23,545 nt of DNA from Candidatus Hydrogenedentota bacterium (GTDB lineage: Bacteria; Hydrogenedentota; Hydrogenedentia; Hydrogenedentales; SLHB01), in contig DUZM01000009.1 in NCBI GenBank assembly GCA_013349485.1, positions 1 to 23,545 on the forward strand. Direction: 5' to 3'. Below are positions 1 through 9,741 of the stretch, in pieces. Position numbers and translations under genes: made by a program. Numbering within the stretch: the first letter of the stretch is position 1; each line of letters starts with the position of its first letter. A model generated the notes under the pieces. It searched no databases, was not told where the DNA came from, and was given only the letters and a program-made list of their open reading frames with translations.

Positions 1-1151
1 CGGCGGGAAGAGGCGGTCGACATTGGTTTCGTAGATCTTGCGCAGCGTTTCGTCGTCGAGATTCAGGCCCTTGAGCGCGCCGTAGGGGTTGTCGCCGCCT
101 TTGACGGCGTACTTCGAGCCGGTTGCGGCCATCCAGAAGTAGTAGGCGTCCTTCTCGAGCACGTCGCGGCACGCGCGCAACACCGACTCGATCCACTCGG
201 GCGTCTTCTCTGAATTGCCGGTGACCACCATGTCCGTGCCGAAAAACACGCGATCGCTGTATTTCTCGAAGAACGCCCGAAACACGTCCCGGTGCCGGCT
301 GACCATCCCAAGCCCGTTGACCAGAATGCCCCGCGTTCCGAAACTTGTGTCGGTATACAGGTTCGGGTACGTGTCCAGCAATTCCTGGAACGCCCTAAAC
401 GACCTTCCCTTAGGATTATAGAACGTTACGCCAAAATGAGGAATTATCACCGTAAGTTCCGGAAACCGCGCCATAACCCGACGGAATTCCTTGCCGTAAA
501 GCCGCATGTTTACGTGCCAGCAAATCGGCAGCCCGCTCTCCTCACAATACGCGTATATGGGCAACATCTCTTCCGTATCCAACGGCTTCTCGTAAAACTG
601 CGCGTGGCCTGAGTATAGCTTCAGCCCTTTTGCGCCTTCCGCAACGTACGCCTTGAGCTTTTCGAGGTTGCCCGGGTCGCCAGGGCGCAAGGTGCAGAAC
701 GGGATGATTCTTTCAGGCATCTCTTTGGCCGCGTTAAGAATATCGCGTGAATTCTTCTCGTTATACTCCGCAATCCCGAAACCGCTGCCCATCAAGGTCC
801 GGGCCGAACTTGCCACAAAAAGCGTCCGCTCTATCCCAGTCGCTTTGCAGGCTTTAAGATACTTGTCAAGATGCGATCTCTTGTACAAGTGCTCATGGGC
901 GTTTACAACGTGAAATTCTTTCAGGCCCGGATCAACGACAGCAAGCGCTGCGGCCCCGGGCCCGGTGAACTTTGCCGGCCGCGCGCTGCTGACCTTTGTC
1001 ACGGTGTATGTGACGAAGTTCGACACCGCAACCAAAAGGACGACATAAAAAGTGCTGTTGGCAAGCGTCTCTCGCCTCGACGCCTTGGACCTCGCGCCGG
1101 TAGATATCACCTCCGCTTCCTCGACGGCGTTTTTGCTTTCTTCCCCGAGCA
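1..1151 (-). CDS. Amidohydrolase-2 family metal-dependent hydrolase with N-terminal membrane anchor; partial, the C-terminus runs past the window start
   Basis: A manual reverse-strand translation gives an uninterrupted ORF from the ATG at 1151 to position 1. It is absent from the ORF track because it has no stop inside the window. The N-terminus is MLGEESKNAVEEAEV..., followed by a hydrophobic TM segment FYVVLLVAVSNFVTYTV. The metal-binding HxH motif VNAHEHL is present. Amidohydrolase-2-like blocks TVIIPHFG, FFGTDMV and a DRLFPP tail are also present. A GTG at 1178 is an alternative start. Confidence 0.7.
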
Positions 1152-1320
1152 TAAGGCTTGTGTTCTTCCCACGGCCCACACCGGTGGCGTATTCCTACGC
1201 CTCCGGCCACGCATCATTCACGTCTTCACCAAACCATAGCCAAACACGCCCGAAAACGCAAGGCTCAGTTTGCCGCCAATAAGCAATGCACCTGCCGCGG
1301 CAGAATCCCGCAGAATTCCA

Positions 1321-1349
1321 TTGCGATTCCGACGCATAATTTCTATAAT
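1321..1349 (+). promoter_or_regulatory. Sigma70-like promoter candidate for the secretion-ATPase gene
   Basis: TTGCGA (1321-1326), a 17-nt spacer, then TATAAT (1344-1349). It sits about 45 nt upstream of the ATG at 1394 and is divergent from the amidohydrolase gene. Confidence 0.35.
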
Positions 1350-1393
1350 AATCGGTGCTGCTTCGGGCGCAACAGGGCGAGAGGGCTAAAACT

Positions 1394-3370
1394 ATGGCAA
1401 AAGAAGATCCACACGCTAAATTGGGGGATGAGCTTGTTAAACAGGACCTTATCACCCGCGAGGAACTGACCACTGCCCAAAAACGTGAGCAAGAAACGGG
1501 CACGCCTTGGTACAGACAATTGATCCAAATGAAGAAAATGCCGTTGGGCGTTTTTGAGGATGTTCTGAGACGCGAGTTTCACTCCAAGACGGCCCGAGAT
1601 GAACATCAGGCGCTTGGAAACACGCTCCTTGACCTCAGTGCCATCTCCGAGGAACAGCTTACCGAGGCCCTGGCCGAGCAGAAACGAAACGGGCGTTTAC
1701 TGGGTAATATTCTTCTCGATAGAGGCTACGTGACACGGCAAACGATTGCCATTGCGCTGAGCAAACAGTACGGAATGGAGTACACCGACCTCTCTCAATG
1801 TCCCAGCGCCAAGGAAGCCCTTGACGCCGTTCCTGAGAGCATGGCGCGGAAAAATCACGCTATTCCCGTTCGACTGGAGGGCGATAAACTAACGGTTCTT
1901 GTCGCAACACCCCAAACAAGGGACCTGTTGCAAGATATGGGGATACTCCTCGGCTTGCGGCTTCACGCCATTTTAACGACAACGGATGATATTAGGGCTG
2001 AGATTTCACGGCGTTACGAGGAATTCAGAGACAAACGGAAACGGAAGCGAATACCAGAAAAGGCCCCGGCAACCAAGGCTAAGCCGGACGTTGCCAAAGG
2101 ACCTCAATCAGTTAAGAAGAAACCAACAACGCAGAAGGAGACTGAAATCGTGGCTACCGAATACGAGCAGATAGAGGTCGAAGAAGCTGAAACAGGCCGC
2201 TTCGAAGAGATTGCGCAACAGGCAACCGGAATGCCTGTTATAAAACTTGTTTCTACGATTATCGAAGGCGCCGGCAATTCCGGGGCCACCGACGTTCATC
2301 TCGACCCACAGGAGCCCGAAATGCGCGTCCGATATCGCATAGACGGGGTACTTCACGACGTCATGAGTATTCCGGCCGATATCGAGCAAGCCGTCATTTC
2401 ACGAATCAAAATCATGTCTGATATGGACATAACCGAGACACGCCACCCACAAGACGGCCATATCAGCATGCAGATCGGCGAACAAGAATACGATATTCGC
2501 GTCGCATCAATGCCAACATTCTTAGGCGAACGAGTCGTACTGCGCCTCTTGGATCAGACCTCGGTCTTGGCAGGGGTCAAGGATCTTGGCCTCGAGAATG
2601 AGGATCAGAACACCTTAACGAGGCTTATTAAACAACCTTATGGTATGGTTCTAGTGACCGGGCCGACAGGAAGCGGTAAGACGACCACCCTCTATGCAGC
2701 CCTCAACCAAAAGAACGTAATGACGGAGAGCATCGTCACGCTCGAAGATCCTGTTGAGTATCAGTTGTCAGGAATTAATCAAGTCCAAATTGACGATGAT
2801 ATCGATCTAACCTTTGCTAACTCACTCCGAGCCGCGATGCGGCAAGATATTGACGTACTTCTTGTGGGCGAGATCCGGGACGTCGAGACGGCCCGAATTG
2901 CAATTCGAGCCGCTATGACCGGCCACCTTGTGTTCAGCACACTACATACAAACGACGCACCCGAAGCAATCAGCACTTTGCGAAATATGGGTATACCGTC
3001 GTATCTTATCTCCAGTGCTTTGACGGCAGTTATCGCTCAACGTCTAGTGCGGCGAATCTGTGAGAAATGCAAGACACGATATACACCAAACAAGGCCTTA
3101 CTTAAATCTATCGGCCTTCCGGAATCACTCAAATCTTTGTATAAAGGTAAGGGATGCGATTACTGCTATCATACAGGCACAAAAGGGAGAACGGGCATTT
3201 TTGAGGTCTTGGAAGTAACGCCTGAAATCAGACGGATGATTGCTGCGGAGGAATCCACTGAAAAAATCGCCAAAATGGCCAAACTAAAGACTATGGCAGA
3301 AAGATGCCGTCTTAAAGCAAAAAAAGGCATTATCACCCCCGAGGAATTCCTGCGTGTAATAAGGACCTGA
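1394..3370 (+). CDS. Type II/IV secretion-system ATPase of the GspE/PilB/MshE family with tandem N-terminal MshEN-like domains
   Basis: Walker A GPTGSGKTTT, the Asp box and VGEIRD, and a His box are all present. There is a C-terminal tetracysteine motif (CEKC...CDYC). Two N-terminal T2SSE_N-like segments are present, for example KLGDELVKQDLITREELTTAQKREQ and ALGNTLLDLSAISEEQLTEALAEQ / RLLGNILLDRGYVTRQTIAIALSKQ. A Lys-rich linker (KRKRKRIPEKAPATKAKPDVAKGPQSVKKKPTTQKE) follows. The ATG at 1394 is preceded by GAGGG at 1381-1385. An in-frame GTG at 1355 is the alternative start used by the ORF track. Confidence 0.9.
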   Translation: MAKEDPHAKLGDELVKQDLITREELTTAQKREQETGTPWYRQLIQMKKMPLGVFEDVLRREFHSKTARDEHQALGNTLLDLSAISEEQLTEALAEQKRNGRLLGNILLDRGYVTRQTIAIALSKQYGMEYTDLSQCPSAKEALDAVPESMARKNHAIPVRLEGDKLTVLVATPQTRDLLQDMGILLGLRLHAILTTTDDIRAEISRRYEEFRDKRKRKRIPEKAPATKAKPDVAKGPQSVKKKPTTQKETEIVATEYEQIEVEEAETGRFEEIAQQATGMPVIKLVSTIIEGAGNSGATDVHLDPQEPEMRVRYRIDGVLHDVMSIPADIEQAVISRIKIMSDMDITETRHPQDGHISMQIGEQEYDIRVASMPTFLGERVVLRLLDQTSVLAGVKDLGLENEDQNTLTRLIKQPYGMVLVTGPTGSGKTTTLYAALNQKNVMTESIVTLEDPVEYQLSGINQVQIDDDIDLTFANSLRAAMRQDIDVLLVGEIRDVETARIAIRAAMTGHLVFSTLHTNDAPEAISTLRNMGIPSYLISSALTAVIAQRLVRRICEKCKTRYTPNKALLKSIGLPESLKSLYKGKGCDYCYHTGTKGRTGIFEVLEVTPEIRRMIAAEESTEKIAKMAKLKTMAERCRLKAKKGIITPEEFLRVIRT

Positions 3371-3390
3371 ACCTCAAAAAATTTTGAGGT
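3371..3390. terminator. Palindromic stem-loop immediately after the ATPase stop codon
   Basis: ACCTCAAAA-aa-TTTTGAGGT forms a ~8-bp, AT-rich stem. It lacks a clean downstream U-tract, so it is a weak intrinsic-terminator candidate. Confidence 0.3.
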
Positions 3391-3630
3391 CTAGGATCGG
3401 CTCTAGGACACTCGGGAGAGTCCAAGGAATTGCCCCACACCTACATAAAGTCGATATGCTGAGATGTTCCCAAATAATATAATTGCATTTCTTAAGGATA
3501 TGACTCTTTGCTTTTCTAAATCCCCTTTGATACGATTGCCGCATAATGGCCTCGCGGCTGATCGGCGAGCCACAGACCCGTCCGTTCAAGCCGTACGCGG
3601 GCCGGACACACGGCTCGAGGCGTGGGGCCG

Positions 3631-3670
3631 TTCAGACGATCGCCTGGGGTCGTCTGAATAGATGTTTTAT
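3631..3670 (+). terminator. Perfect 9-bp inverted repeat hairpin with a T-rich tail
   Basis: TTCAGACGA (3631-3639) and TCGTCTGAA (3650-3658) are separated by a 10-nt loop and followed by tagaTGTTTTATa. The hairpin closes a ~120-bp GC-rich pocket inside the AT-rich island and lies just upstream of the DnaA boxes. Confidence 0.35.
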
Positions 3671-3682
3671 ACGGACAAATTA

Positions 3683-4019
3683 TGTGGATAATCTGTGGAT
3701 AACCCCGGCGTGGAACATCAGCCAGCATGTCACTCATTGCCTCAGTTTATCATGCAAGTTTATGAATCATCATGAGTTACCACGACAATCTATAACTTAT
3801 AGGGGATTTCCGGAATGTCCATAACTTATTTTAAAAAAACAACTTACAGATACTATACGAACCGACGCAATCCAAAAACAACAACAAAATAGAAATGTTT
3901 CACAATCATCTACGGAACACATCATTGACACCAAAACAAACCAATTTACACTCAAAAACACCTGTGGACAATCACCAGTGTAATCTGACAAACTAGCTTG
4001 AGAAAGGCACTGTGGATCC
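3683..4019. promoter_or_regulatory. DnaA-box cluster in an AT-rich region upstream of dnaN (oriC-like)
   Basis: Two perfect TGTGGATAA boxes (reverse complement of TTATCCACA) lie at 3683-3691 and 3694-3702, head-to-tail and 11 bp apart. TGTGGACAA at 3963-3971 has 1 mismatch. TGTGGATCC at 4011-4019 has 2 mismatches. All four are in the same orientation and sit in a very AT-rich, G-depleted tract. Confidence 0.5.
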
Positions 4020-4301
4020 TATGTGATCAATTTCTGGAAACCAATCCAGAAATTCACACCGAACACTGAGATATACATTAAATGTCTAAAAACCATATTA
4101 AACTAACGACAGGCAATCCCAAAAAGACTGACAAATTCTTCACAAGTTATTCAACTTATAACCATATCACACTAGGCTTCTTACAGCGTTTTACACAAAT
4201 TTGCAGGCACTATTACGAAGATGACTAAATTATACTATAGTAATTCTTCTTTACTTCACTAAATATAAAACTTCCTAAAGCGAAACCACGGAGAGCTAAC
4301 A

Positions 4302-5408
4302 ATGAAAATCGTAATTCCTCGTGAAGATCTTCTTAATACAGTCAACAAAGTTAAGACCGTTGTGTCTCCTAAATCAGCGTTGCCCATTCTTTCACACATT
4401 CTTATGGAGTCACAAGAAAGCAGTGTTCGTCTATCTGCTACCGACTTAAAGGTTAGTATTGAATGTTCGGTGGACTGCACTGTTGAAGAGCATGGTTCTT
4501 TGACAGTTTCATCGCAGCGTTTATCATCAATATTGTCTGAGCTTCCAAATGTCGATATTGCGCTGCAGCTCTTAGAAAACAATATTATCTTGTTGGAATG
4601 TAACCGCATACAAACAAGGCTGTTTAGTATGTTGCCGGAGGAATTTCCTTCCATTCGCACCTTTGAAAGTATTGAACCGTTGGTTTTTGGTCAAAGTATG
4701 TTAAAGCGTTTACTTTCAAGAACTTCCTTTGCTATCTGTTCTGATCAGGCCCGGTATAATTTAACTGGGTTGTTGGTGGAAATCTGTGAGGGTAAATTGA
4801 CGGTCGTTGCAACCGATGGTCGCCGTATGAGTCTATGCACTGAAAGAGAAGGTGTACCAGAAGGTATCGAAGTTAAGATAGTGATCCCTGGAAAAATGAT
4901 AAATGAATTAGAACGATTGCTTGCGGATGAAGGTAATGTAGATGTCCTCATTGATGAAAATCAAGCTGCTTTCACATTTGGCAATGTGCGTCTAGTTACA
5001 GCCCTTATTGAAGGAAACTTTCCAAAGTATGACATGGTAGTGCCCAAGAAACATGATAAGGAAGCAATATTGAATACGTTACAGTTTCTTGAAGCTGTGC
5101 GCCGTACTCGGACAATGACAAACGAGAAATTTAACTCTGTAAGGTTTGGGTTGACTTCGGGTGTAATGACGTTGAAGGTAGTTACACCTGAAGTGGGTGA
5201 ATATCAGGAAGAATTTCCGATCGAATATGACGGTGAGCCCATTGAGATTGCCTTTAATCCAGACTATGTGCTTGACGTCTTGCGTCGTATAGATTCAGAA
5301 AAAGTATGTTTAGTATTGAAGGATTCTATGAATCCAGGTCTGATTAAGCCGGCCAGTGAAGAACCCGTAGATAATTATCTTAACGTCGTTATGCCTATTC
5401 GTATATAG
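4302..5408 (+). CDS. dnaN: DNA polymerase III beta subunit (sliding clamp)
   Basis: The 368-aa product aligns along its whole length to E. coli DnaN. Matched blocks include MKIVIPREDLL, PILSHIL, ATDGRRMSL, EGNFPKYDMVVPK, NEKFNSVRF, IAFNPDYVLDVL and a C-terminal VVMPIRI. The RBS is GGAGAG, 7 nt upstream. By eye the gene is about 40% GC, clearly below its neighbours. Confidence 0.95.
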   Translation: MKIVIPREDLLNTVNKVKTVVSPKSALPILSHILMESQESSVRLSATDLKVSIECSVDCTVEEHGSLTVSSQRLSSILSELPNVDIALQLLENNIILLECNRIQTRLFSMLPEEFPSIRTFESIEPLVFGQSMLKRLLSRTSFAICSDQARYNLTGLLVEICEGKLTVVATDGRRMSLCTEREGVPEGIEVKIVIPGKMINELERLLADEGNVDVLIDENQAAFTFGNVRLVTALIEGNFPKYDMVVPKKHDKEAILNTLQFLEAVRRTRTMTNEKFNSVRFGLTSGVMTLKVVTPEVGEYQEEFPIEYDGEPIEIAFNPDYVLDVLRRIDSEKVCLVLKDSMNPGLIKPASEEPVDNYLNVVMPIRI

Positions 5409-5565
5409 CAAAGTACTTAAGTGTATGTAGATATATTTGTAGATTTTTTTGTCAGAAACGTTTAACAGAGAAGTGGGGAGTTTCGAGCAAGAAAATCGAA
5501 AGAAAGCAATTTCCTGTCAGTAGTTTGTTTTCCGGCCGTTTCTTTCTGAGCCCAGAGGTGAAATT

Positions 5566-8500
5566 CTATCCAAGCCCGTCCGCTGGTTCAACCGATGCAG
5601 CCGGTCCCACCTCGAGATCATCTGAGAAGTCCTGCATAGCTTCTTCAGACAATATAGCTTGGGTATCCTGATAGTGTGGGCTACCGGTTCCTGCCGGGAT
5701 AAGATGTCCGATTATCACGTTTTCCTTCAACCCACGCAGATAATCTCGTTTACCGGACAAGGCGGCGTCGGTCAGCACCCGAGTGGTCTGTTGAAACGAA
5801 GCAGCAGCAATAAAGCTTTCGGTGCTTAGGGCCGATTTCGTGATGCCTTGGAGAATAGGCTCGGCCTCGGCCGGTCGGCCGCCTTTGGCCAATGTTTGCT
5901 CATTAGATTCCTGGAATCGGATCCGATCTACTTCTTCGTGGGCTAAGAAAGGGGTATCGCCGGGATCGTCCTTGATTTTCACTTTCCGCAACATTTGACG
6001 AATGATGATCTCGATGTGTTTGTCATTAGTACGCACGCCCTGTAAGCGATACACGTGCTGAACTTCATCCAGAAGATATCGACGCAATGCGTCTTCGCCT
6101 TGCACTTCGAGAATATCGTTTGGGATGACGGGGCCGTCTGTAAGCCGCTGGCCCGCCATAACGCGATCGCCGGTTTGGACATTCAAATGTTTTCCAGGTG
6201 GGATAACGTATTCGCGTTCCTTGCCGACGGGCGGCATAACTCGAACTTTCCGCATGCCCTTTGTAGCGCCGCCGAGTTCTACGATTCCGTCAATGTGACT
6301 TATTATGGCGGGATCCTTTGGTTGGCGCGCTTCGAATAGCTCCGCGACCCGGGGTAACCCGCCAGTAATGTCCTTTGTCTTGCTGAATTGCCGCGGTGTT
6401 TTGGCCAGCAGATCGCCTGCCCGGACCTTGGCGCCGTCCTCGACGACGACGTGGGTCTGTGCCGGCACGGTCGCGTAGGCCAATACTTCGTCATTCTTAC
6501 CCAAAATCGTGATCTGGGGGTGCAGATCTTGCTTATGATCCGTAATGACACGTTCGATAAGACCTGTGTCCGGGTTCGTATCCATGCGCATGGTTACGCC
6601 TTCGACCATGCCCTCGAGATGCACCATCCCACTGGCCTCCGCCACGATGGACACGTTGTAGGGATCCCACTCGAAAAGGAGTTGACCCTTCCGGAGTTTC
6701 TTGCCGTCCTCGGCGAAAACCGTGCAACCTGACGGCACCGGATAACGCTGAACTTCCTTCCCTTCAGCATCGAACACGGCCAGTTCGCCGCCGCGGTTCA
6801 CTACGACGAGGTTGCCGTCTCGGTTCTTGGCTGTGCGCACGTTGCGGTGCTCGACGGTGCCGGAGTCGGGCATACGGATCTCGCTTGCTTCGACTTGGCG
6901 CGTTGCAGTACCGCCGACGTGAAACGTCTGCATGGTTAACTGGGTGCCCGGCTCGCCAATGGACTGAGCTGCAATGATTCCCACGGCTTCACCAAGTTCG
7001 ACCAGCTTGCCTGTAGCCAAGTTTCTGCCGTAACACTTGGCGCATACGCCCCGCTTTGCTTGGCACGTTAACACCGAACGAATACGCACGCCAGGAAGCC
7101 CCGAGTCAACTATCTGGCGGGCTTTCACTTCGTCGATTTCGTCCCCGGCCCGGACAATCGGTTCTTTTCTTCCTGGCACACCGACGTCGTCGAGTACATA
7201 ACGGCCGACCAGGCGTTCCTCGAGTGGGGCAACGACCTCTGCGCCGTCCATTAAGGCTTCCATCCAAATGCCATTGAGCGTGCCGCAGTCGACTTCCTCA
7301 ACGCTCGCGTCTTGCGCAACGTCGACCAAGCGTCGGGTAAGGTAGCCGGCGTCGGCCGTCTTGAGCGCCGTGTCCGCCAACCCTTTGCGTGCGCCGTGCG
7401 ATGAAATAAAGTACTCGACCACCGACAATCCTTCCCGGAAGTTTGACGTGATCGGCGTTTCGATAATGTCGCCGCTCGGCTTGGCCATCAGGCCGCGCAA
7501 CCCCGCCAACTGGCGCACTTGCTGTTTGTTTCCGCGCGCCTTGGAACTCATCATCAGATAGATGCCGCTGAACCCTTGGTCGTTCTCGGCCATCCGGCGC
7601 AACATGGCAGACGAAACCGATTCGGTCGTCGTGGTCCATTGATCGATGATCTTGTTATATCGTTCGCCCTCGGTGATAAGTCCATTCTGATACATCTCGT
7701 CGATACGCGCGACCTCGGATTGAGCAGATTCAATAAGCTCTTCTTTCTCGGGCGGTACAAGCATGTCGGATACGGCGATGGAGATGCCGGCCAAGGTTGC
7801 GTACTTGAACCCGACCGCCTTCAACGCGTCCAGCAGGCCGATGATTTTCTCGTGACCCAACCTGGCGTAACCGCTTGTGATGATGTCGCCGATTGACCCC
7901 TGATTCTGCTCGCGGTTGACGTCTTCGAGGGTTATCTCGTTCGGAAGCGCTTGCCAGAAGAGAACGCGCCCGACCGTCGTGTCGATAATGCTGTTGTTGT
8001 GCCGGATCTTGACGGCCGCATGCAGTCCAGTTTCGCCCGTCTCGTAGGCCAGAATCACCGACGCTGCATCCACAAAGATCTTGCCCGGCCGTTTGATCCC
8101 CGGCAGTCTTAGCTCGCCCCTTTTGACTTTCTCAGGGATCCGATACACATGCCCCTCTCGCCATTCGCCCCAGGCCTTCTGCCACTCCCCCTTTGCGCCT
8201 TCCCGACGCTTGGTGACGTAGGCAATGCCAAGGACGATGTCCTGGCTCGGGGTAACGATGGGGCGGCCGTAGGACGGCGAGAAAATGTTTGTGCTCGAAA
8301 GCATAAGCAACCGCGCCTCGAGCTGCGCCGCAGGCATAAGCGGCACGTGCGCCGCCATCTGGTCGCCGTCGAAGTCCGCGTTGAACGCCCGGCAGACCAA
8401 GGGGTGGATGCGAATCGCCTTCCCTTCTATCAGCACCGGCTCGAACGCCTGTATGCCCAAACGGTGCAACGTGGGTGCACGATTGAGCAAGACGGGATGA

Positions 8501-9738
8501 TCCTTGATGACGTCCTCGAGAATGTCCCAGACCTCTTCCCGCCCTTGTGCAATGGTTCGCTTCGCCGCTTTGATCGTCGTCGCGATTCCGCGTTCCTTCA
8601 GTTCGTGAATGATGAATGGCTCGAACAGCTCGAGCGCCATCTTCTTCGGCAGGCCGCACTGATGCAGTTTAAGTTCGGGACCTACGACAATGACGGAACG
8701 GCCCGAGTAGTCCACGCGTTTCCCGAGCAAATTCTGGCGGAAACGCCCTTGTTTGCCCTTCAGCATATCACTGAGCGATTTGAGTGGGCGGTTCCCTGCG
8801 CCGAGCACCGTGCGGCCGTGTCGCCCATTGTCGAACAGGGCGTCCACGGCTTCTTGGAGCATGCGCTTTTCATTGCGCAGGATTACTTCAGGGGCGCGTA
8901 GCTCGATAAGCCGCTTGAGCCGGTTGTTGCGATTAATCACGCGCCGGTAAAGGTCGTTCAGGTCGCTCGTGGCGTATCGCCCACCCTCGAGCGGCACCAG
9001 CGGGCGCAGGTCCGGCGGGATGACGGGTATGACGTCGAGCACCATCCAGGTCGGGTTGTTCCCGCTCTTGCGCAGCGCTTCGACTACTTTCAGTCGCTTG
9101 ATGGTCTTGGTTCGGGCCTGCATGCTGGACGTGTTGGCAAATGCGGCGTGAAGCTCGGCGCTTAGTGCGTCCAAATCTACTTCTTCAAGCAGCATTTTGA
9201 CGGCTTCGGCGCCCATCTTCGCGGTGAATCGGTCGCCCCACTCCTCCCGCGCGTCCTGATACTCGTCCTCGGTCAAAGTCTGCATCTTGTCGAGGGTGCT
9301 GTCGCCGGGATCGATTACCACGTAGTTCTCGAAATAGATGATGCGTTCGAGGACGCGAATGCTCAGGTCGAGCAGGTTGCCGATGCAGCTCGGCGTGTTC
9401 TTGAAGAACCAGATGTGGGTAACCGGCACGGCGAGTTTGATGCAGCCCATTCGTTCCCGGCGGACTTTGCTCTCGGTGATCTCGACGCCGCATCGGTCGC
9501 AGGTGATGCCGCGGTGTTTCACTTTCTTGTACTTTCCGCAACCGCATTCCCAGTCCTTGACGGGGCCGAAAATGCGCTCGCAAAAAAGCCCGTCTTTCTC
9601 AGGCTTGAATGTGCGGTAGTTTATGGTCTCCGGCTTTTTCACCTCGCCTCGGCTCCATTTCAGGATTTCCTCGGGGCTGGCAAGCCGAATCATCAATGCA
9701 TCGAATCGTTCACCGGTTGTTGCGACGTATTTAGGCAA
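5566..9738 (-). CDS. rpoC: DNA-directed RNA polymerase subunit beta'
   Basis: The 1390-aa product carries the N-terminal zinc-binding CGCGKYKK...CDRCGVE motif and the catalytic [15 protein letters not shown] motif. It is typical beta' throughout. Confidence 0.98.
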   Translation of the reverse strand: MPKYVATTGERFDALMIRLASPEEILKWSRGEVKKPETINYRTFKPEKDGLFCERIFGPVKDWECGCGKYKKVKHRGITCDRCGVEITESKVRRERMGCIKLAVPVTHIWFFKNTPSCIGNLLDLSIRVLERIIYFENYVVIDPGDSTLDKMQTLTEDEYQDAREEWGDRFTAKMGAEAVKMLLEEVDLDALSAELHAAFANTSSMQARTKTIKRLKVVEALRKSGNNPTWMVLDVIPVIPPDLRPLVPLEGGRYATSDLNDLYRRVINRNNRLKRLIELRAPEVILRNEKRMLQEAVDALFDNGRHGRTVLGAGNRPLKSLSDMLKGKQGRFRQNLLGKRVDYSGRSVIVVGPELKLHQCGLPKKMALELFEPFIIHELKERGIATTIKAAKRTIAQGREEVWDILEDVIKDHPVLLNRAPTLHRLGIQAFEPVLIEGKAIRIHPLVCRAFNADFDGDQMAAHVPLMPAAQLEARLLMLSSTNIFSPSYGRPIVTPSQDIVLGIAYVTKRREGAKGEWQKAWGEWREGHVYRIPEKVKRGELRLPGIKRPGKIFVDAASVILAYETGETGLHAAVKIRHNNSIIDTTVGRVLFWQALPNEITLEDVNREQNQGSIGDIITSGYARLGHEKIIGLLDALKAVGFKYATLAGISIAVSDMLVPPEKEELIESAQSEVARIDEMYQNGLITEGERYNKIIDQWTTTTESVSSAMLRRMAENDQGFSGIYLMMSSKARGNKQQVRQLAGLRGLMAKPSGDIIETPITSNFREGLSVVEYFISSHGARKGLADTALKTADAGYLTRRLVDVAQDASVEEVDCGTLNGIWMEALMDGAEVVAPLEERLVGRYVLDDVGVPGRKEPIVRAGDEIDEVKARQIVDSGLPGVRIRSVLTCQAKRGVCAKCYGRNLATGKLVELGEAVGIIAAQSIGEPGTQLTMQTFHVGGTATRQVEASEIRMPDSGTVEHRNVRTAKNRDGNLVVVNRGGELAVFDAEGKEVQRYPVPSGCTVFAEDGKKLRKGQLLFEWDPYNVSIVAEASGMVHLEGMVEGVTMRMDTNPDTGLIERVITDHKQDLHPQITILGKNDEVLAYATVPAQTHVVVEDGAKVRAGDLLAKTPRQFSKTKDITGGLPRVAELFEARQPKDPAIISHIDGIVELGGATKGMRKVRVMPPVGKEREYVIPPGKHLNVQTGDRVMAGQRLTDGPVIPNDILEVQGEDALRRYLLDEVQHVYRLQGVRTNDKHIEIIIRQMLRKVKIKDDPGDTPFLAHEEVDRIRFQESNEQTLAKGGRPAEAEPILQGITKSALSTESFIAAASFQQTTRVLTDAALSGKRDYLRGLKENVIIGHLIPAGTGSPHYQDTQAILSEEAMQDFSDDLEVGPAASVEPADGLG

Positions 9739-9741
9739 GGT

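Noticed and set aside
3374-3991. Small ORFs of 64-92 aa in the AT-rich island: 3374..3589 (-), 3464..3661 (+), 3516..3737 (-), 3546..3824 (+) and 3797..3991 (-).
   Set aside because: None has an RBS or a plausible composition. The minus-strand ORFs translate the G/T-rich complement of an A/C-skewed tract into Cys/Phe/Val-rich junk. The region is better explained as origin or regulatory DNA, possibly with an sRNA.
4259-4660. A 133-aa minus-strand ORF overlapping the dnaN start.
   Set aside because: It is antisense to a clearly homologous dnaN. It has no motifs.
8149-8901. A 250-aa plus-strand ORF. Similar long ORFs lie inside rpoC and rpoB, for example 7519..7896, 10087..10533, 10685..11290 and 11461..12135.
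   Set aside because: They are antisense or out-of-frame shadows inside unambiguous RNA polymerase genes. Their products are Arg/Ala/Gly-rich and low-complexity, as is typical of high-GC genomes.
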